Positions 42,310-51,705 are shown, counted from the first letter of the stretch. The stretch is DNA of 64,000 nucleotides from an uncultured Gemmatimonadales bacterium (GCA_963825055.1 CAWGSK010000004.1:1-64000); one strand, 5' to 3'. The notes: generated from the letters alone by a model not told the origin. Translations and numbers: made by a program.

Positions 42310-42903
42310 TTACCGGGTGACAGAGTCCTTCGCAATATCTTCGCCCCGGCGTGATTGCGCCCAGCCATCGAGCACATGGCCATCCACATAGCTGAGGGAG
42401 AGCAACGGCCGCGACCCATCCGTGCGCCAGGTCAGGCGCAGCATCGTCCCCTGGCGTACCCACTGCATCATGCGCTGGGTGCCTTGAACGGTTGTACGAA
42501 CGTTGCCGTATCGGCCGGAGAGCGAGGCACGCCAGTGCTCAAACCCCGCGCTGTCGAACCGGCCCGCGAGCGCGAGGATGCCTGCCTGCCCTCCCATGGT
42601 GCTCAGCCAGATTTCCAGCGCGGGCGCACCATCGTGCGCCGGCAGTGTTCCCCGGCAGTCCACGACGAGAGTATCGGCACGGGAACGCCGACAGATGAGT
42701 GCCGGACCGCCGGCGGCGCGGATCTCCCGGCGGATGGCGCTCAGGGACATCCCTGGCCTGAAGCCATGGAAAAGGAGCGGGCCCGGTGGGGAGGGCGCTG
42801 ATGAGGGGGCCTGTCCGGCCAGTGATGCCGGAGTGGCCAGCGCCAGGAGCACCACCACCAGGCGCGCTACTGCCCGGGCGCCGCGACCCGGGGTCCGGGT
42901 CAC
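42310..42903 (-). CDS. secreted hypothetical protein
   Basis: Signal peptide after GTG 42903; FHGFRPGMS; start uncertain. Confidence 0.55.
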   Translation of the reverse strand: MTRTPGRGARAVARLVVVLLALATPASLAGQAPSSAPSPPGPLLFHGFRPGMSLSAIRREIRAAGGPALICRRSRADTLVVDCRGTLPAHDGAPALEIWLSTMGGQAGILALAGRFDSAGFEHWRASLSGRYGNVRTTVQGTQRMMQWVRQGTMLRLTWRTDGSRPLLSLSYVDGHVLDGWAQSRRGEDIAKDSVTR

Positions 42904-42952
42904 CGCGCCTTCTCGCGCAACGGGATTGTCCAGCGGCTTGGAAATCGGGTAT

Positions 42953-43153
42953 TTACGCCTTGCGGACGTTCGAGGCCTGCAGTCCCTTGGGGCCCTCCAC
43001 GATGTCGAACTCGACCGCATCCCCCTCCGCCAGGGAGCGGAACCCTTCGGCGACAATGGCGGTGTGGTGGACGAAGACGTCCTTGCCGCCCTCCTGGGCG
43101 ATGAAACCGAACCCCTTGGCATCGTTGAACCACTTCACAGTACCCTTCGCCAT
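42953..43153 (-). CDS. cspA: cold-shock protein
   Basis: [25 protein letters not shown]. Confidence 0.96.
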   Translation of the reverse strand: MAKGTVKWFNDAKGFGFIAQEGGKDVFVHHTAIVAEGFRSLAEGDAVEFDIVEGPKGLQASNVRKA

Positions 43154-43324
43154 CGTGAGACCTCTTTGGAAAGGGAGCCCTCGGCTCCGACCACATCAGC
43201 CGGACAACTGACTCGAAAAAAAGCCGACCGGGCATGTGCCCGACCGGCTGCCTGCACCTGCGATCAACCCGACTGCTCTTCCGGGACGTGCATGGCGCTA
43301 AGTTCCCGTCCGGCGGGTGTTTTG

Positions 43325-43858
43325 TCAATATGCCGTCCCGCTCAGCCTGAGGCCTCCCGCGCGCAGTTCGTGGTCCAGGAGCCAGCGCTTGCGGGCCAGC
43401 CCGCCGCCGTAGCCCACCAGTGCCCCATCGGTGCCGACCACCCGATGGCAGGGGAGCAGGATGGCCAGGTGGTTGCTGCCAACCATGCGGCCGGCTGCCC
43501 TGGCATGAAGCCCCGTCTGCCGGGCTACGTGGGTGTAGGACCGGGTCTCTCCGGGGGGTATCGCCGCGAGGGCCCGCCAGACCGCCAGGGCGCTGGGCGG
43601 GGCCTGGACGAAGTCCGGCAGGTACTCCGGGAACGGAAAGCGGACCGGATAGCCCCCGAAGTAGGCCTCAAGCCAGCCCCGTGTGGCCAGGCATGGGCCG
43701 TAGCGGAAGTCAGCATCCGGCATCCGCGCCTGAATGGGCTTCATCCAGGTGCTCCCCCGGGCCTGCCGGGGGTACTCCACGAGGAGAGGGCCTGCCGGGC
43801 ACTCGACCATCAGCAGGGCCCCAATCGGGGAATCGAAGGTGTTCCACTCGATGGGCAT
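43325..43858 (-). CDS. ogt: methylated-DNA--protein-cysteine methyltransferase
   Basis: PCHRVVG active site; GYGGGLARKRWLL. Confidence 0.93.
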   Translation of the reverse strand: MPIEWNTFDSPIGALLMVECPAGPLLVEYPRQARGSTWMKPIQARMPDADFRYGPCLATRGWLEAYFGGYPVRFPFPEYLPDFVQAPPSALAVWRALAAIPPGETRSYTHVARQTGLHARAAGRMVGSNHLAILLPCHRVVGTDGALVGYGGGLARKRWLLDHELRAGGLRLSGTAY

Positions 43859-44018
43859 GGTGGGATGTGGAGTGTAATAAAGAGGTGGTCAGGCGGACAG
43901 GCGGGCAGGGCGGTCGGACACTACTCCACGATTCAACTACTCAACGTTGCTTCCCGATTCCCGATCCCCCACCATCCCTCCTTCCCCTTCGCACAATTCT
44001 TGCTAGGTTGCACCACAT

Positions 44019-44630
44019 ATGACCACCCCCTCCACTCTCGTTGTCCGGACCTTCCTGGACCGGCCTGATGCCCTGTCGCATTTCATGCTCCGGGCGGGGG
44101 AGGCCCCACGCCTGATCGCGTTTGACGACGCGCTCGGGTGTCCCATCGAGACGGCACTGGCTGCCCTCGAATGGACCAACGCGGTGGGCGCGCTTCAGGA
44201 TGACGACCTCCTGCAGGCAGCCCGCCTCACCAGTGAAACGGCCGCGGCGGTCGTCGAGCGGAAGAGTGACGAGGGCCGGCGGTTCCTCTATCTGGGGCCG
44301 CGCCTCGATGCGCCCCCGATGGACGTGTTCGAAGGCGCCGTCATCTTCGATGAGCCGGGGGTGAAGGTCGTGGAGTTCAGCCAGCGCGCTCATGCGCTGG
44401 CGCATTTTCTCCGCGCGACGGCGGGCGCGGGCGCGCTGCTGGCGCTGCTCGGACGCCGGGCTCCGGAGCTGCGGCACATCCGACGCTGGATGGGGTCGAT
44501 CGTGCAGGAACTTGACGGGCCTCGACTGCTCGTGGCCGGGTGGTTTGCCGCCAGTACGGCCGCCTGCCTTTTTGCCTCGACTGATGCTGAGCCCTCGTAC
44601 CGATATATCGAGGTTGGACTGGAATCATGA
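44019..44630 (+). CDS. hypothetical protein with two internal repeats
   Basis: VVRTFLDRPDALSHF and VVEFSQRAHALAHF. Confidence 0.65.
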   Translation: MTTPSTLVVRTFLDRPDALSHFMLRAGEAPRLIAFDDALGCPIETALAALEWTNAVGALQDDDLLQAARLTSETAAAVVERKSDEGRRFLYLGPRLDAPPMDVFEGAVIFDEPGVKVVEFSQRAHALAHFLRATAGAGALLALLGRRAPELRHIRRWMGSIVQELDGPRLLVAGWFAASTAACLFASTDAEPSYRYIEVGLES

Positions 44631-45187
44631 AACTGCTGCTGACCCTGGCTGCCCTCACGATCTCTGCTGTCCCGCTCTCTGCCCAGGCCAGCATGGTGCT
44701 GCCCAAGCGCCTCGCGCCCGAGCAGGAGGCGGTGAAGAGCGAGTACTTGCGCTTCCGCGATACGCTCAACGCGGTCGAGGCGGCGAGCGCGCGACTCGTG
44801 CGTGACATGGGCCGGACATCCGATGCGGCCATGTCCGCGCGGGCGAAGACGGTGCAGGCTGGCTGTGTCGCCTCGCTGGCGATGTACGACTCGGCCCTCG
44901 TCCGGATCACTGCACTGAATCCCGACAACCCGAAGACGCAGCGCGACCGCAAGCACCTGCTCGAGTCCTTCGGCGAACTACACCAGGGCCTCCAAGAGTG
45001 TGATGAAGGGTACGGCCGCCTGGCAAAGCCCGAGAACATCGAGGAACTGCGCGGCTACAGCATGGGCCGCGGGACCAGGCTTCGGGCGACCATCCACCGA
45101 TTCAATGGAGCAGCCCGGGCATACCTTACTTCGGTTGGGATCGAAGTCCGGCCGATCGGTGCCGGAGAGAATCCGCTTGCCGGGTGA
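44627..45187 (+). CDS. secreted helical hypothetical protein
   Basis: Signal peptide; ATGA overlap with the previous gene. Confidence 0.65.
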   Translation: MKLLLTLAALTISAVPLSAQASMVLPKRLAPEQEAVKSEYLRFRDTLNAVEAASARLVRDMGRTSDAAMSARAKTVQAGCVASLAMYDSALVRITALNPDNPKTQRDRKHLLESFGELHQGLQECDEGYGRLAKPENIEELRGYSMGRGTRLRATIHRFNGAARAYLTSVGIEVRPIGAGENPLAG

Positions 45188-45352
45188 GGGGTGGTTGAGA
45201 CGTTAGTCGCTGGTCGTCCGGCGACCGACCTGCCCGCCTTGTCACGGGACTGAAGTCCCTCATCGGCACACCGTCGCCTTCCGGCGACGGTGTCCTGCCC
45301 CTCTCGCCCGCCTTGTCCGTCCCGCCCGCCCCACCCGTCCTGTTCCCAATGT

Positions 45353-45433
45353 TGATACACATCTCCACAATGCTGTGGAGAAGCGCCGTGAGCGGGTATC
45401 GGACAACGCTTTGCCTGTCCACAACTATCCACT
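45353..45433. promoter_or_regulatory. cluster of DnaA-box-like 9-mers
   Basis: TGATACACA, ATCTCCACA, TGTGGAGAA (reverse), CTGTCCACA, CTATCCACT; each has 1-2 mismatches to TTWTNCACA. Confidence 0.5.
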
Positions 45434-45466
45434 TTAGAGCAGCGTAAACCGAATAAAGACAGGCAC

Positions 45467-45494
45467 TTGCGCGATTTTCGGAGTGACGTATCTT
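45467..45494 (+). promoter_or_regulatory. sigma-70-like promoter of putative ncRNA
   Basis: TTGCGC-N16-TATCTT. Confidence 0.45.
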
Positions 45495-45497
45495 GAT

Positions 45498-45923
45498 TGC
45501 ACGCCAGTCGAGAGCACGGAGGAACCTGGTGTTCTTCCGCAGCACGATTGACGGGTTCGCGTCGGACTTCGGTGGAGATTGCTCAAACCACGCAAGGGTA
45601 ACAGGCAATCGACGATACCGGTGATCACCCGGCCGAACAGGTGAAGCCAGTCGCGTGCTTCACCCGCCCCGATCTGGCGCCTCGGGGTGCAGTGCGAGAG
45701 GTTGGTCCGCGACCCGGCCCGACTCGCAGCGCTCATGACGATGAACCAGGTGGGATGGCCATCCGGCCTGGGGATGGAAGACGAGGCCTCATCGGCCTCA
45801 CCGCGAGACGAATCAGTCCGTCGGTGGCCGATGGGAGAAGAACGGCGGCGCAAGCCCCGACCCCGGATAATCGTCGTGCAGGGCCGCCGCCTGGTCTGAG
45901 GGCCAGGTGGCGGTCCTTTTTTT
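45498..45923 (+). ncRNA. putative large structured ncRNA of unrecognised class
   Basis: More than 10 hairpins, nested long-range stems closing the 5' and 3' ends, GNRA tetraloops, and a promoter and terminator at the ends; no plausible CDS. Confidence 0.65.
45881..45923 (+). terminator. intrinsic terminator
   Basis: GGGCCGCCGCCTGGTC-TGAG-GGCCAGGTGGCGGTCC-T7. Confidence 0.85.
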
Positions 45924-45999
45924 GGGGGTAGGCCCGCCGACAAGGCGGAGGGGCGGACGGGACGGACGACTCAACGACTCAACGACTCAACGACACCCG

Positions 46000-46404
46000 A
46001 TGCCCCATTCACTACCTACCCTCCGCTTCTTCCTCATCAGCGCCAACGCCGGCCGCCGGAACGAGATCACCGCTGCCCTGCGGGACGCCGGCTATGAAGT
46101 GATCGAAGCCCAGGATCGCGCGACCATCGCCGAGCGCCTCAGTGCCCGGGACGGCCTGCTGGTCATTGACCTCGATGCTCCCGGGTCGGCGCGGCCACTG
46201 CTCCATGAACTGCGCGAGCCGCGCGGCCCGGGGGCCGACTGGTCACTCGACGAGATGGAACGCCGGCATATCCGCGCGACCCTCGAGCACACTGGCGGCA
46301 ACCGCCGGGAAGCCTCCCTGCTCCTCGGGATCGCCCGTTCCACCCTGCTCTCGAAGCTGCGACGGTACGGGCTTGACCAGCCTGACGTTACGGAGCAAGC
46401 CTGA
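46000..46404 (+). CDS. Fis-type HTH_8 protein with degenerate receiver-like N-terminus
   Basis: SLDEMERRHIRATLEHTGGNRREASLLLGIARSTLLSKLRRYGL; no AAA+ domain. Confidence 0.75.
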   Translation: MPHSLPTLRFFLISANAGRRNEITAALRDAGYEVIEAQDRATIAERLSARDGLLVIDLDAPGSARPLLHELREPRGPGADWSLDEMERRHIRATLEHTGGNRREASLLLGIARSTLLSKLRRYGLDQPDVTEQA

Positions 46405-46816
46405 CCCTGCCGAGCCGGGAAACGATGACCCGGTGCCTGGCCGAGCCACGGGTGAGCGTAAAGGTCACGTTGCTGAATCCGTACGCGATGCCTATGGGGG
46501 CATACCTGACGATGCGGGGTGATGGGCTGAGGTTCACGCCGCTGCTGCCGGGGCCGTCCGCCCGCCAGACCACCGTGGTGTCCGGCCCCTGAACCAGCGC
46601 GACCTGAAGCGAATCCTGATCCACGGTGAGCAACGCCACGCGATGACGTATCGTCGCCAGGATACGCGCCCGACCGTGCGCTGCCGCGACCCCGCGCGCC
46701 GCGGCAATGGTGGCGTAGTGATCTGCCAGCCGCTCCGCCCCTGGCCATCCCACCATCAGGAGCAGGCCGAGCAGGACCAAAACCAGCACCACCTCGGGAA
46801 GTGTGAAGCCGCGCAT
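46388..46816 (-). CDS. prepilin-type N-terminal cleavage/methylation protein (FimT/GspH-like)
   Basis: RG|FTLPEVVLVLVLLG; C-terminal VSRLGRVR. Confidence 0.85.
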   Translation of the reverse strand: MRGFTLPEVVLVLVLLGLLLMVGWPGAERLADHYATIAAARGVAAAHGRARILATIRHRVALLTVDQDSLQVALVQGPDTTVVWRADGPGSSGVNLSPSPRIVRYAPIGIAYGFSNVTFTLTRGSARHRVIVSRLGRVRLAP

Positions 46817-46953
46817 GGCCCAAGTCTAGGGGAAGGCCGCCCTTTGGGCGGCATCGATTCCCCGCGATGATAGGTCGATCCCCGCAGCCTTGCCACCATC
46901 AGGGGGGAGGGGCATACTAGCCCTCATCCCAAGGCGAAGTCCCTGGAGTCCTG

Positions 46954-48234
46954 ATGTCCGAGTTACTGGAGCTTTTCGAGATCTCTGTCGGGACATCCGC
47001 CGGCGCGTCCTTTCTGGAGCGGGCCGGGGGAGAGCGGCAGCTCGGCCGGATCCAGTCAGCCGCCGCCGCCGAGGCTGCCTGGCATCTCCTGCGGGTGCTG
47101 GGAGACGAGCCGGAGGGCGAATCGTCCCAGGCCGCTTCAGACTGGGCGCGCCGCCGGGCCAGCCAGCTCCTCGACCGCCTGCCCCCTGAGGACACCGAGG
47201 CTGCCCACCTTCGCGGGATTCTCGAGGCTGCCTCGGCGGGGATCAGCCACCGGGCCGGGGTCCTCCGGATGGCGCTGTCTGCCTACGCTTACTATCTGGA
47301 ACATGGTGGCCGGTATGAAAGCGCGCTCGAAGTCCTGCGGGCCGCTATCCAGACCGGAGGTGTGTCCCACCTGCATGACTCGCTCCCGCTGGCGCTGTTC
47401 GTGGCCCGGGCCCGGAGCGCGCTGGCCCGCTGGCAGGAGGCCGAGCGAGCATGGATGCTTGCCGACCGGATGGCAGTGGAAACGGGGGATCTGGAAACCG
47501 CCATGGCTGCCAGGCTTGGCCTGGCCGGCGTCCTCGCGGGGCGTGATGACCTTGCCGGCGCCGAGCGCACGGTGTGTGGTGTCCTGCAGCAGGCACGCGA
47601 AGCAGGATGGAGGGACCTGGAGGGTCGCGCGATGGGAGAGCTGGCAGGACTGCTGGCCCGCCAGGGCCGTCCCGCCGACGCGGTGGTCATGCGGTATGAC
47701 AGCCTGGACCGCCTGCGGGACCCCACCCAGCGGGCCCGCGTGCTGGCTGAGATAGGGGCCGGCCTTCGGGCCGCCGGTATTCCCGATGCCGCCCGTTGTG
47801 CCCTCCAGCTCGCCCTGGCGGATGGACCGGAACCCCGGCAGGCCGCCAGGGTCCACGTGGAACTCCTGGGGCTGGAGGCGGAACTCGACAACCGCGTGGG
47901 TTTCGAGCGGGAGCGGGTGGAAGCGGCTCGACTGGAGTCAGCCATGGATCCGCCAACACTCGTGGCGTACCGCTATCATGCCGGAACCGGCCTGCTCCGG
48001 TTCGGGACCATCCCTCGTGGCCGAGCCATGCTGCGGGAGGCGTTGAGGGTTGCGGAGTCGCACCAGCTGCGCGACTGGTATTTCCGGATTGATGGGGTTC
48101 TCCGGGACATCGGGTCGCCCGCCCCTGCGGAGGTGGATCCCGGTGTCCCGGCGGCGGACCTCCAGCGGGTGGCGAAGGGGCTGCGAGACTCCTGGCCGCC
48201 GGTTCGAAATGACGAGCTACCGGGTCTATCTTAG
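46954..48234 (+). CDS. TPR-like helical repeat protein
   Basis: Ala/Leu-rich TPR-like repeats; GGAG RBS. Confidence 0.6.
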   Translation: MSELLELFEISVGTSAGASFLERAGGERQLGRIQSAAAAEAAWHLLRVLGDEPEGESSQAASDWARRRASQLLDRLPPEDTEAAHLRGILEAASAGISHRAGVLRMALSAYAYYLEHGGRYESALEVLRAAIQTGGVSHLHDSLPLALFVARARSALARWQEAERAWMLADRMAVETGDLETAMAARLGLAGVLAGRDDLAGAERTVCGVLQQAREAGWRDLEGRAMGELAGLLARQGRPADAVVMRYDSLDRLRDPTQRARVLAEIGAGLRAAGIPDAARCALQLALADGPEPRQAARVHVELLGLEAELDNRVGFERERVEAARLESAMDPPTLVAYRYHAGTGLLRFGTIPRGRAMLREALRVAESHQLRDWYFRIDGVLRDIGSPAPAEVDPGVPAADLQRVAKGLRDSWPPVRNDELPGLS

Positions 48235-48293
48235 GGAGACCGCCCGCAACCGCCGGCGGACACCGCCCATACCGTCGACCGAGTCATGACTCC

Positions 48294-48950
48294 ATGAGCA
48301 TGCCCCATCCGGGCGCCGACCCGCTGGCCGCCCTTCGCGAGTACCGCGCGCTGGCACCCTGGAGCCTGCGTGATCTCGCCGCCCTCGCCGGAGCGATCCT
48401 CGAGGCGTCCGGCATTTTCCCGGTGAACGCCGCCGCACGGGCCCGGCCGTCGGAACGGACCATCCGCTTCTACGTCTCGCGGAACCTCGTGAGCCCTCCG
48501 GAAGGGCGCGGTACCGCTGCGGTGTACTCGTACCGGCACCTCCTTCAGGTCCTGGCCATCAAGCTGCGCCAGATGGAAGGTGCCACGCTCGGGGTGATCA
48601 CCCGTGAACTGGGCGACACCGGGGGAGACGTCCTGGAGCGGCGTGTCGCATCCCAGCTTGGGACGGGCCTGCCCACGCCGGGGCAACTTGACCTCGGGCC
48701 GCCAACGGGTGCGCCCCGAGGGCGAATGAGCCGGGTAACGCACGCCTGGCCTCCCCGGGCCCTGGAGGACGGCCCGGGCCCCCGGACCTGCCGCCGCCTG
48801 CCGCTCGGCGCCGGCGCCGAACTCCTCATCGATGAGCAGCATCCGGCCCTGCGTCGCGGCGGCGGGGAGGCGGCGCTCACCGCCGCACTCCGTCACGTCA
48901 TCGTGCGCGCGCGCGACGAGGATCTGCCTGACGATCCCCCCTCATCCTGA
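48294..48950 (+). CDS. MerR-family HTH regulator
   Basis: SERTIRFYVSRNLVSPPEGRGTAAVYSYRHLLQVLAIK. Confidence 0.8.
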   Translation: MSMPHPGADPLAALREYRALAPWSLRDLAALAGAILEASGIFPVNAAARARPSERTIRFYVSRNLVSPPEGRGTAAVYSYRHLLQVLAIKLRQMEGATLGVITRELGDTGGDVLERRVASQLGTGLPTPGQLDLGPPTGAPRGRMSRVTHAWPPRALEDGPGPRTCRRLPLGAGAELLIDEQHPALRRGGGEAALTAALRHVIVRARDEDLPDDPPSS

Positions 48951-48973
48951 CGCCCCTTTTCGGGAGCACGCCC

Positions 48974-49546
48974 ATGCCACAACTGATCCTGATCGTCGTC
49001 CTCGCGCTCATCGTGTTCTGGGTGATCCGGGCATACAACCTGCTCATTTCCCTCAAGAACCGGGTCCTGAATGCCTGGAAGCAGATCGACGTGCAGCTGA
49101 AGCGCAGGCACGACCTCATCCCGAACCTGGTGAACTCCGTCCGGGGCGCGATGGAGTTCGAGCGGGACACGATGCAGGCCGTGATCGAGGCGCGGAACCG
49201 CGCGGTGCAGGCGACGGGCGTCCAGCAGACGGCACAGGCGGAAGGCATGCTCACGCAGGCCCTGGGCAAGCTCTTCGCGCTGGTGGAGAACTATCCGGAC
49301 CTGAAGGCAACGGGCAACATCAGCCAGCTGCAGGAGGAGATTACCAGCACGGAGAACAAGATCAGCTTCGCCCGGCAGCTCTACAATGATGTCGCCACGG
49401 AGTACAACACGCGGCAGATGCAGTTTCCCACCAACCTGGTGCGCGGGTTGGCGCAGGCCCGGCCGGCCGAGCTCTGGGAGATCGAGGACACGGGTGAGCG
49501 CGCGGTGCCCGATGTCGACCTCTCCTTCCGTCCCCGGGATGCGTGA
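48974..49546 (+). CDS. lemA: LemA family protein
   Basis: NAWKQIDVQLKRRHDLIPNLV, ENYPDLKA, FPTNL. Confidence 0.93.
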   Translation: MPQLILIVVLALIVFWVIRAYNLLISLKNRVLNAWKQIDVQLKRRHDLIPNLVNSVRGAMEFERDTMQAVIEARNRAVQATGVQQTAQAEGMLTQALGKLFALVENYPDLKATGNISQLQEEITSTENKISFARQLYNDVATEYNTRQMQFPTNLVRGLAQARPAELWEIEDTGERAVPDVDLSFRPRDA

Positions 49547-50574
49547 GCACCACCAACCTCTTTGCTGAGCAGGAAGCCAACCGGCGCAGCTCTGCCTGGC
49601 TCATCGCCGGGTTCATCCTCTTCTTCGCCTGGCTCGGCTTCGGCGGTGACCTCGCCTGGTACCTGATGACCCGGGGCTCGCCCGATGGCGGGGCGCACCT
49701 GGTGCCGGTCCTGGGAATCGTGATGCTGGCACTGGCCGGGGGGATCGCCTGGACCTCCTTCCGCAACGGCCCACAGCGGGTGCTGTGGTCGACCGGCGCA
49801 TGGGAGATCATCGAACCTGCCACCGAGGCCCAGAAGCGCCTGGTCAACGTGGTGGAGGAGATGGCGATCGCGTCGGGCATTCCGAGACCGCGGGTCTGGG
49901 TGGTGCCCGACGCCGACCCGAACGCCTTCGCCACGGGGCTCGACACGGACCGGGCGAACATTGCCGTGACCGAGGGGCTGCTCCAGACCCTGAGCCGGGA
50001 CGAGCTGCAGGGCGTCGTGGCGCACGAGATGGCTCATATCAGGAATCTCGACGTGCGCCTGATGACACTGCTCGCAGCGATGGTCGGCGCGATTGCGCTG
50101 CTGTCCGACGGCGCCGGCCGCCTGCTCCGCGGGGCACGCGTGCCCTCCGGCGCCGCCCGCCGTGCCGGCGGGAAGAAAGGCGGCCAGCTCGGCCTGATCG
50201 TCCTGGTTTTCTGGCTGATCAGCCTCGTACTCGCGCCCATCATTTCCCGGCTGCTGTCGATGGCCGTGAGCCGCCGGAGGGAGTACCTGGCGGACGCGAC
50301 CGGGGCACAGTTCACCCGGAACCCCGTGGCGCTGGCGCACGCGCTCGAGAAGCTGGAGGGTGCAACCGGGGCCACACGATCCATCAAGCAGGGTTCGGCG
50401 CACCTCTGCATCGTGGACCCCCAGGCCCGAGCGATCAGCAGCCGCGAGGGATTCCTGGGGGATTTCCTCGCGTCACATCCCCCGATGCGCCAGCGCATCG
50501 CGAGACTCAAGGCAATGGGGTATCAGATGGAGAAGCAGGGAATGGGGAGTAGGGAGTTAGGGAGTAGGGAGTAG
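49543..50574 (+). CDS. htpX: M48 zinc metalloprotease HtpX-like
   Basis: PNAFATG, VVAHEMAHIRN, REYLADA, SHPP. Confidence 0.88.
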   Translation: MSTTNLFAEQEANRRSSAWLIAGFILFFAWLGFGGDLAWYLMTRGSPDGGAHLVPVLGIVMLALAGGIAWTSFRNGPQRVLWSTGAWEIIEPATEAQKRLVNVVEEMAIASGIPRPRVWVVPDADPNAFATGLDTDRANIAVTEGLLQTLSRDELQGVVAHEMAHIRNLDVRLMTLLAAMVGAIALLSDGAGRLLRGARVPSGAARRAGGKKGGQLGLIVLVFWLISLVLAPIISRLLSMAVSRRREYLADATGAQFTRNPVALAHALEKLEGATGATRSIKQGSAHLCIVDPQARAISSREGFLGDFLASHPPMRQRIARLKAMGYQMEKQGMGSRELGSRE

Positions 50575-50660
50575 GGAGTAGGAGCAGGGGTAGATGGTTA
50601 GTCGTTGAGCCGTTGAGTGGTTGAGTTGTCGGTTCGTCCGTCCTGTCCGTCCTGTCCGAG
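50545..50660. repeat. heptamer (GGGAGTA), octamer (CGTTGAGT) and nonamer (GTCCGTCCT) arrays
   Basis: Directly visible between convergent genes. Confidence 0.7.
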
Positions 50661-50661
50661 C

Positions 50662-51705
50662 TCATTCCGCCCTCGCGTCCATCAGTTCCACAATCTCTTC
50701 CGCGAACGTACCCGGATCGAACGGGACCCCGATGAAATGATCGGCGCCGGCCTGCAGTGCTGCCTCTGGTGCCCCGGTGCCCAGGACGACGAGGGCCCAG
50801 CCCCGATCCGGGGTCGGCTGCAGGCCGCAGAGCGGGTCATCGTCCGGGCCCGCCACAACCACGAGCGTCAGGCCCAGCCTGTTGCCGACGCGCTCCATCC
50901 GCTCCAGGCTGGGAACCCGCTCCACGCCGAACCCGGCGTGCTTGAGGAGAAGGGTCACGATGCGTGCCAGGTCTTCGTCCGTGATCCACACGGCGGCATC
51001 GCCGCGTGACACCAGTGGCGCCCCCGGCTCGCCCTCCTCGAGGTCCACCATGTCGATGCCCTCGAGGTACTCCCGACTGTGGACCTGGTCAAGTTCTTCG
51101 ACCCGCCGGAGAGTATCCCTGATGCGTCCGAGCGAATCGCGGATGCTCTGGATGGAGCGCCGCCGGGTTTCGTCCAGCGACGGATCATCGAGCAGCAGCT
51201 CGGCCTCGGTGAACGCGGACATGAGGGGGTTGTTGATCTCATGCTTGAGCGTCACGGTCATCTCGCCCACGGCGGAGCGCCGCTCGGCATTCATCAGGTC
51301 CTGTTCTGCGGCGTCGAGTGCCTGCCGCAGGGCCCGGGTCCTGCGGACGCGCTCGAGGATCTGCGGCAGGAGCTCGATCAGTGAGCCGTCTTTCACCAGG
51401 TAGTCTTCGGCGCCGCGGCGAAGCGCGCTGGCCGCCAGGTGCTCGTCCCCGGCGCCGGTAACCATGACGATCGAGGGTTGTTCGGCCTGGTTGCGCAGTG
51501 GCCCCAGCAGATCCAGCCCCTCGCCGTCAGGGAGGTGGTGGTCGAGCAGGATGATGTCCACCGGCGGGGCTTCGAGCGCTTCCCGGCTGGTCGTGGCGAT
51601 CCCCCTGACCTCGAAGCCGGCGTGACGGAGCAACTCTTCGTAGACTCGCACGATGGCCGGGTCGTCATCGACGATCAGTACCCCTGGCCGGGGCCGTTCA
51701 GCCAC
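50662..51705 (-). CDS. receiver-HisKA(DHp)-degenerate receiver signalling protein
   Basis: LIVDDD...ILLDHHLPD...DYLVK; TLKHEINNPL; no HATPase motifs. Confidence 0.8.
   Translation of the reverse strand: MAERPRPGVLIVDDDPAIVRVYEELLRHAGFEVRGIATTSREALEAPPVDIILLDHHLPDGEGLDLLGPLRNQAEQPSIVMVTGAGDEHLAASALRRGAEDYLVKDGSLIELLPQILERVRRTRALRQALDAAEQDLMNAERRSAVGEMTVTLKHEINNPLMSAFTEAELLLDDPSLDETRRRSIQSIRDSLGRIRDTLRRVEELDQVHSREYLEGIDMVDLEEGEPGAPLVSRGDAAVWITDEDLARIVTLLLKHAGFGVERVPSLERMERVGNRLGLTLVVVAGPDDDPLCGLQPTPDRGWALVVLGTGAPEAALQAGADHFIGVPFDPGTFAEEIVELMDARAE

Noticed and set aside
45340..45500. oriC
   Set aside because: DnaA-like boxes are present, but there is no dnaA/dnaN/gidA context or clear unwinding element; reported only as a box cluster
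45498..45923. Identification as tmRNA, RNase P RNA, SRP RNA, 6S RNA or a group II intron
   Set aside because: No tRNA-like ends or tag ORF, no GAGGAAAGUCC, no SRP GGAA/AGCAG loop, too long and branched for 6S, and no recognisable domain V
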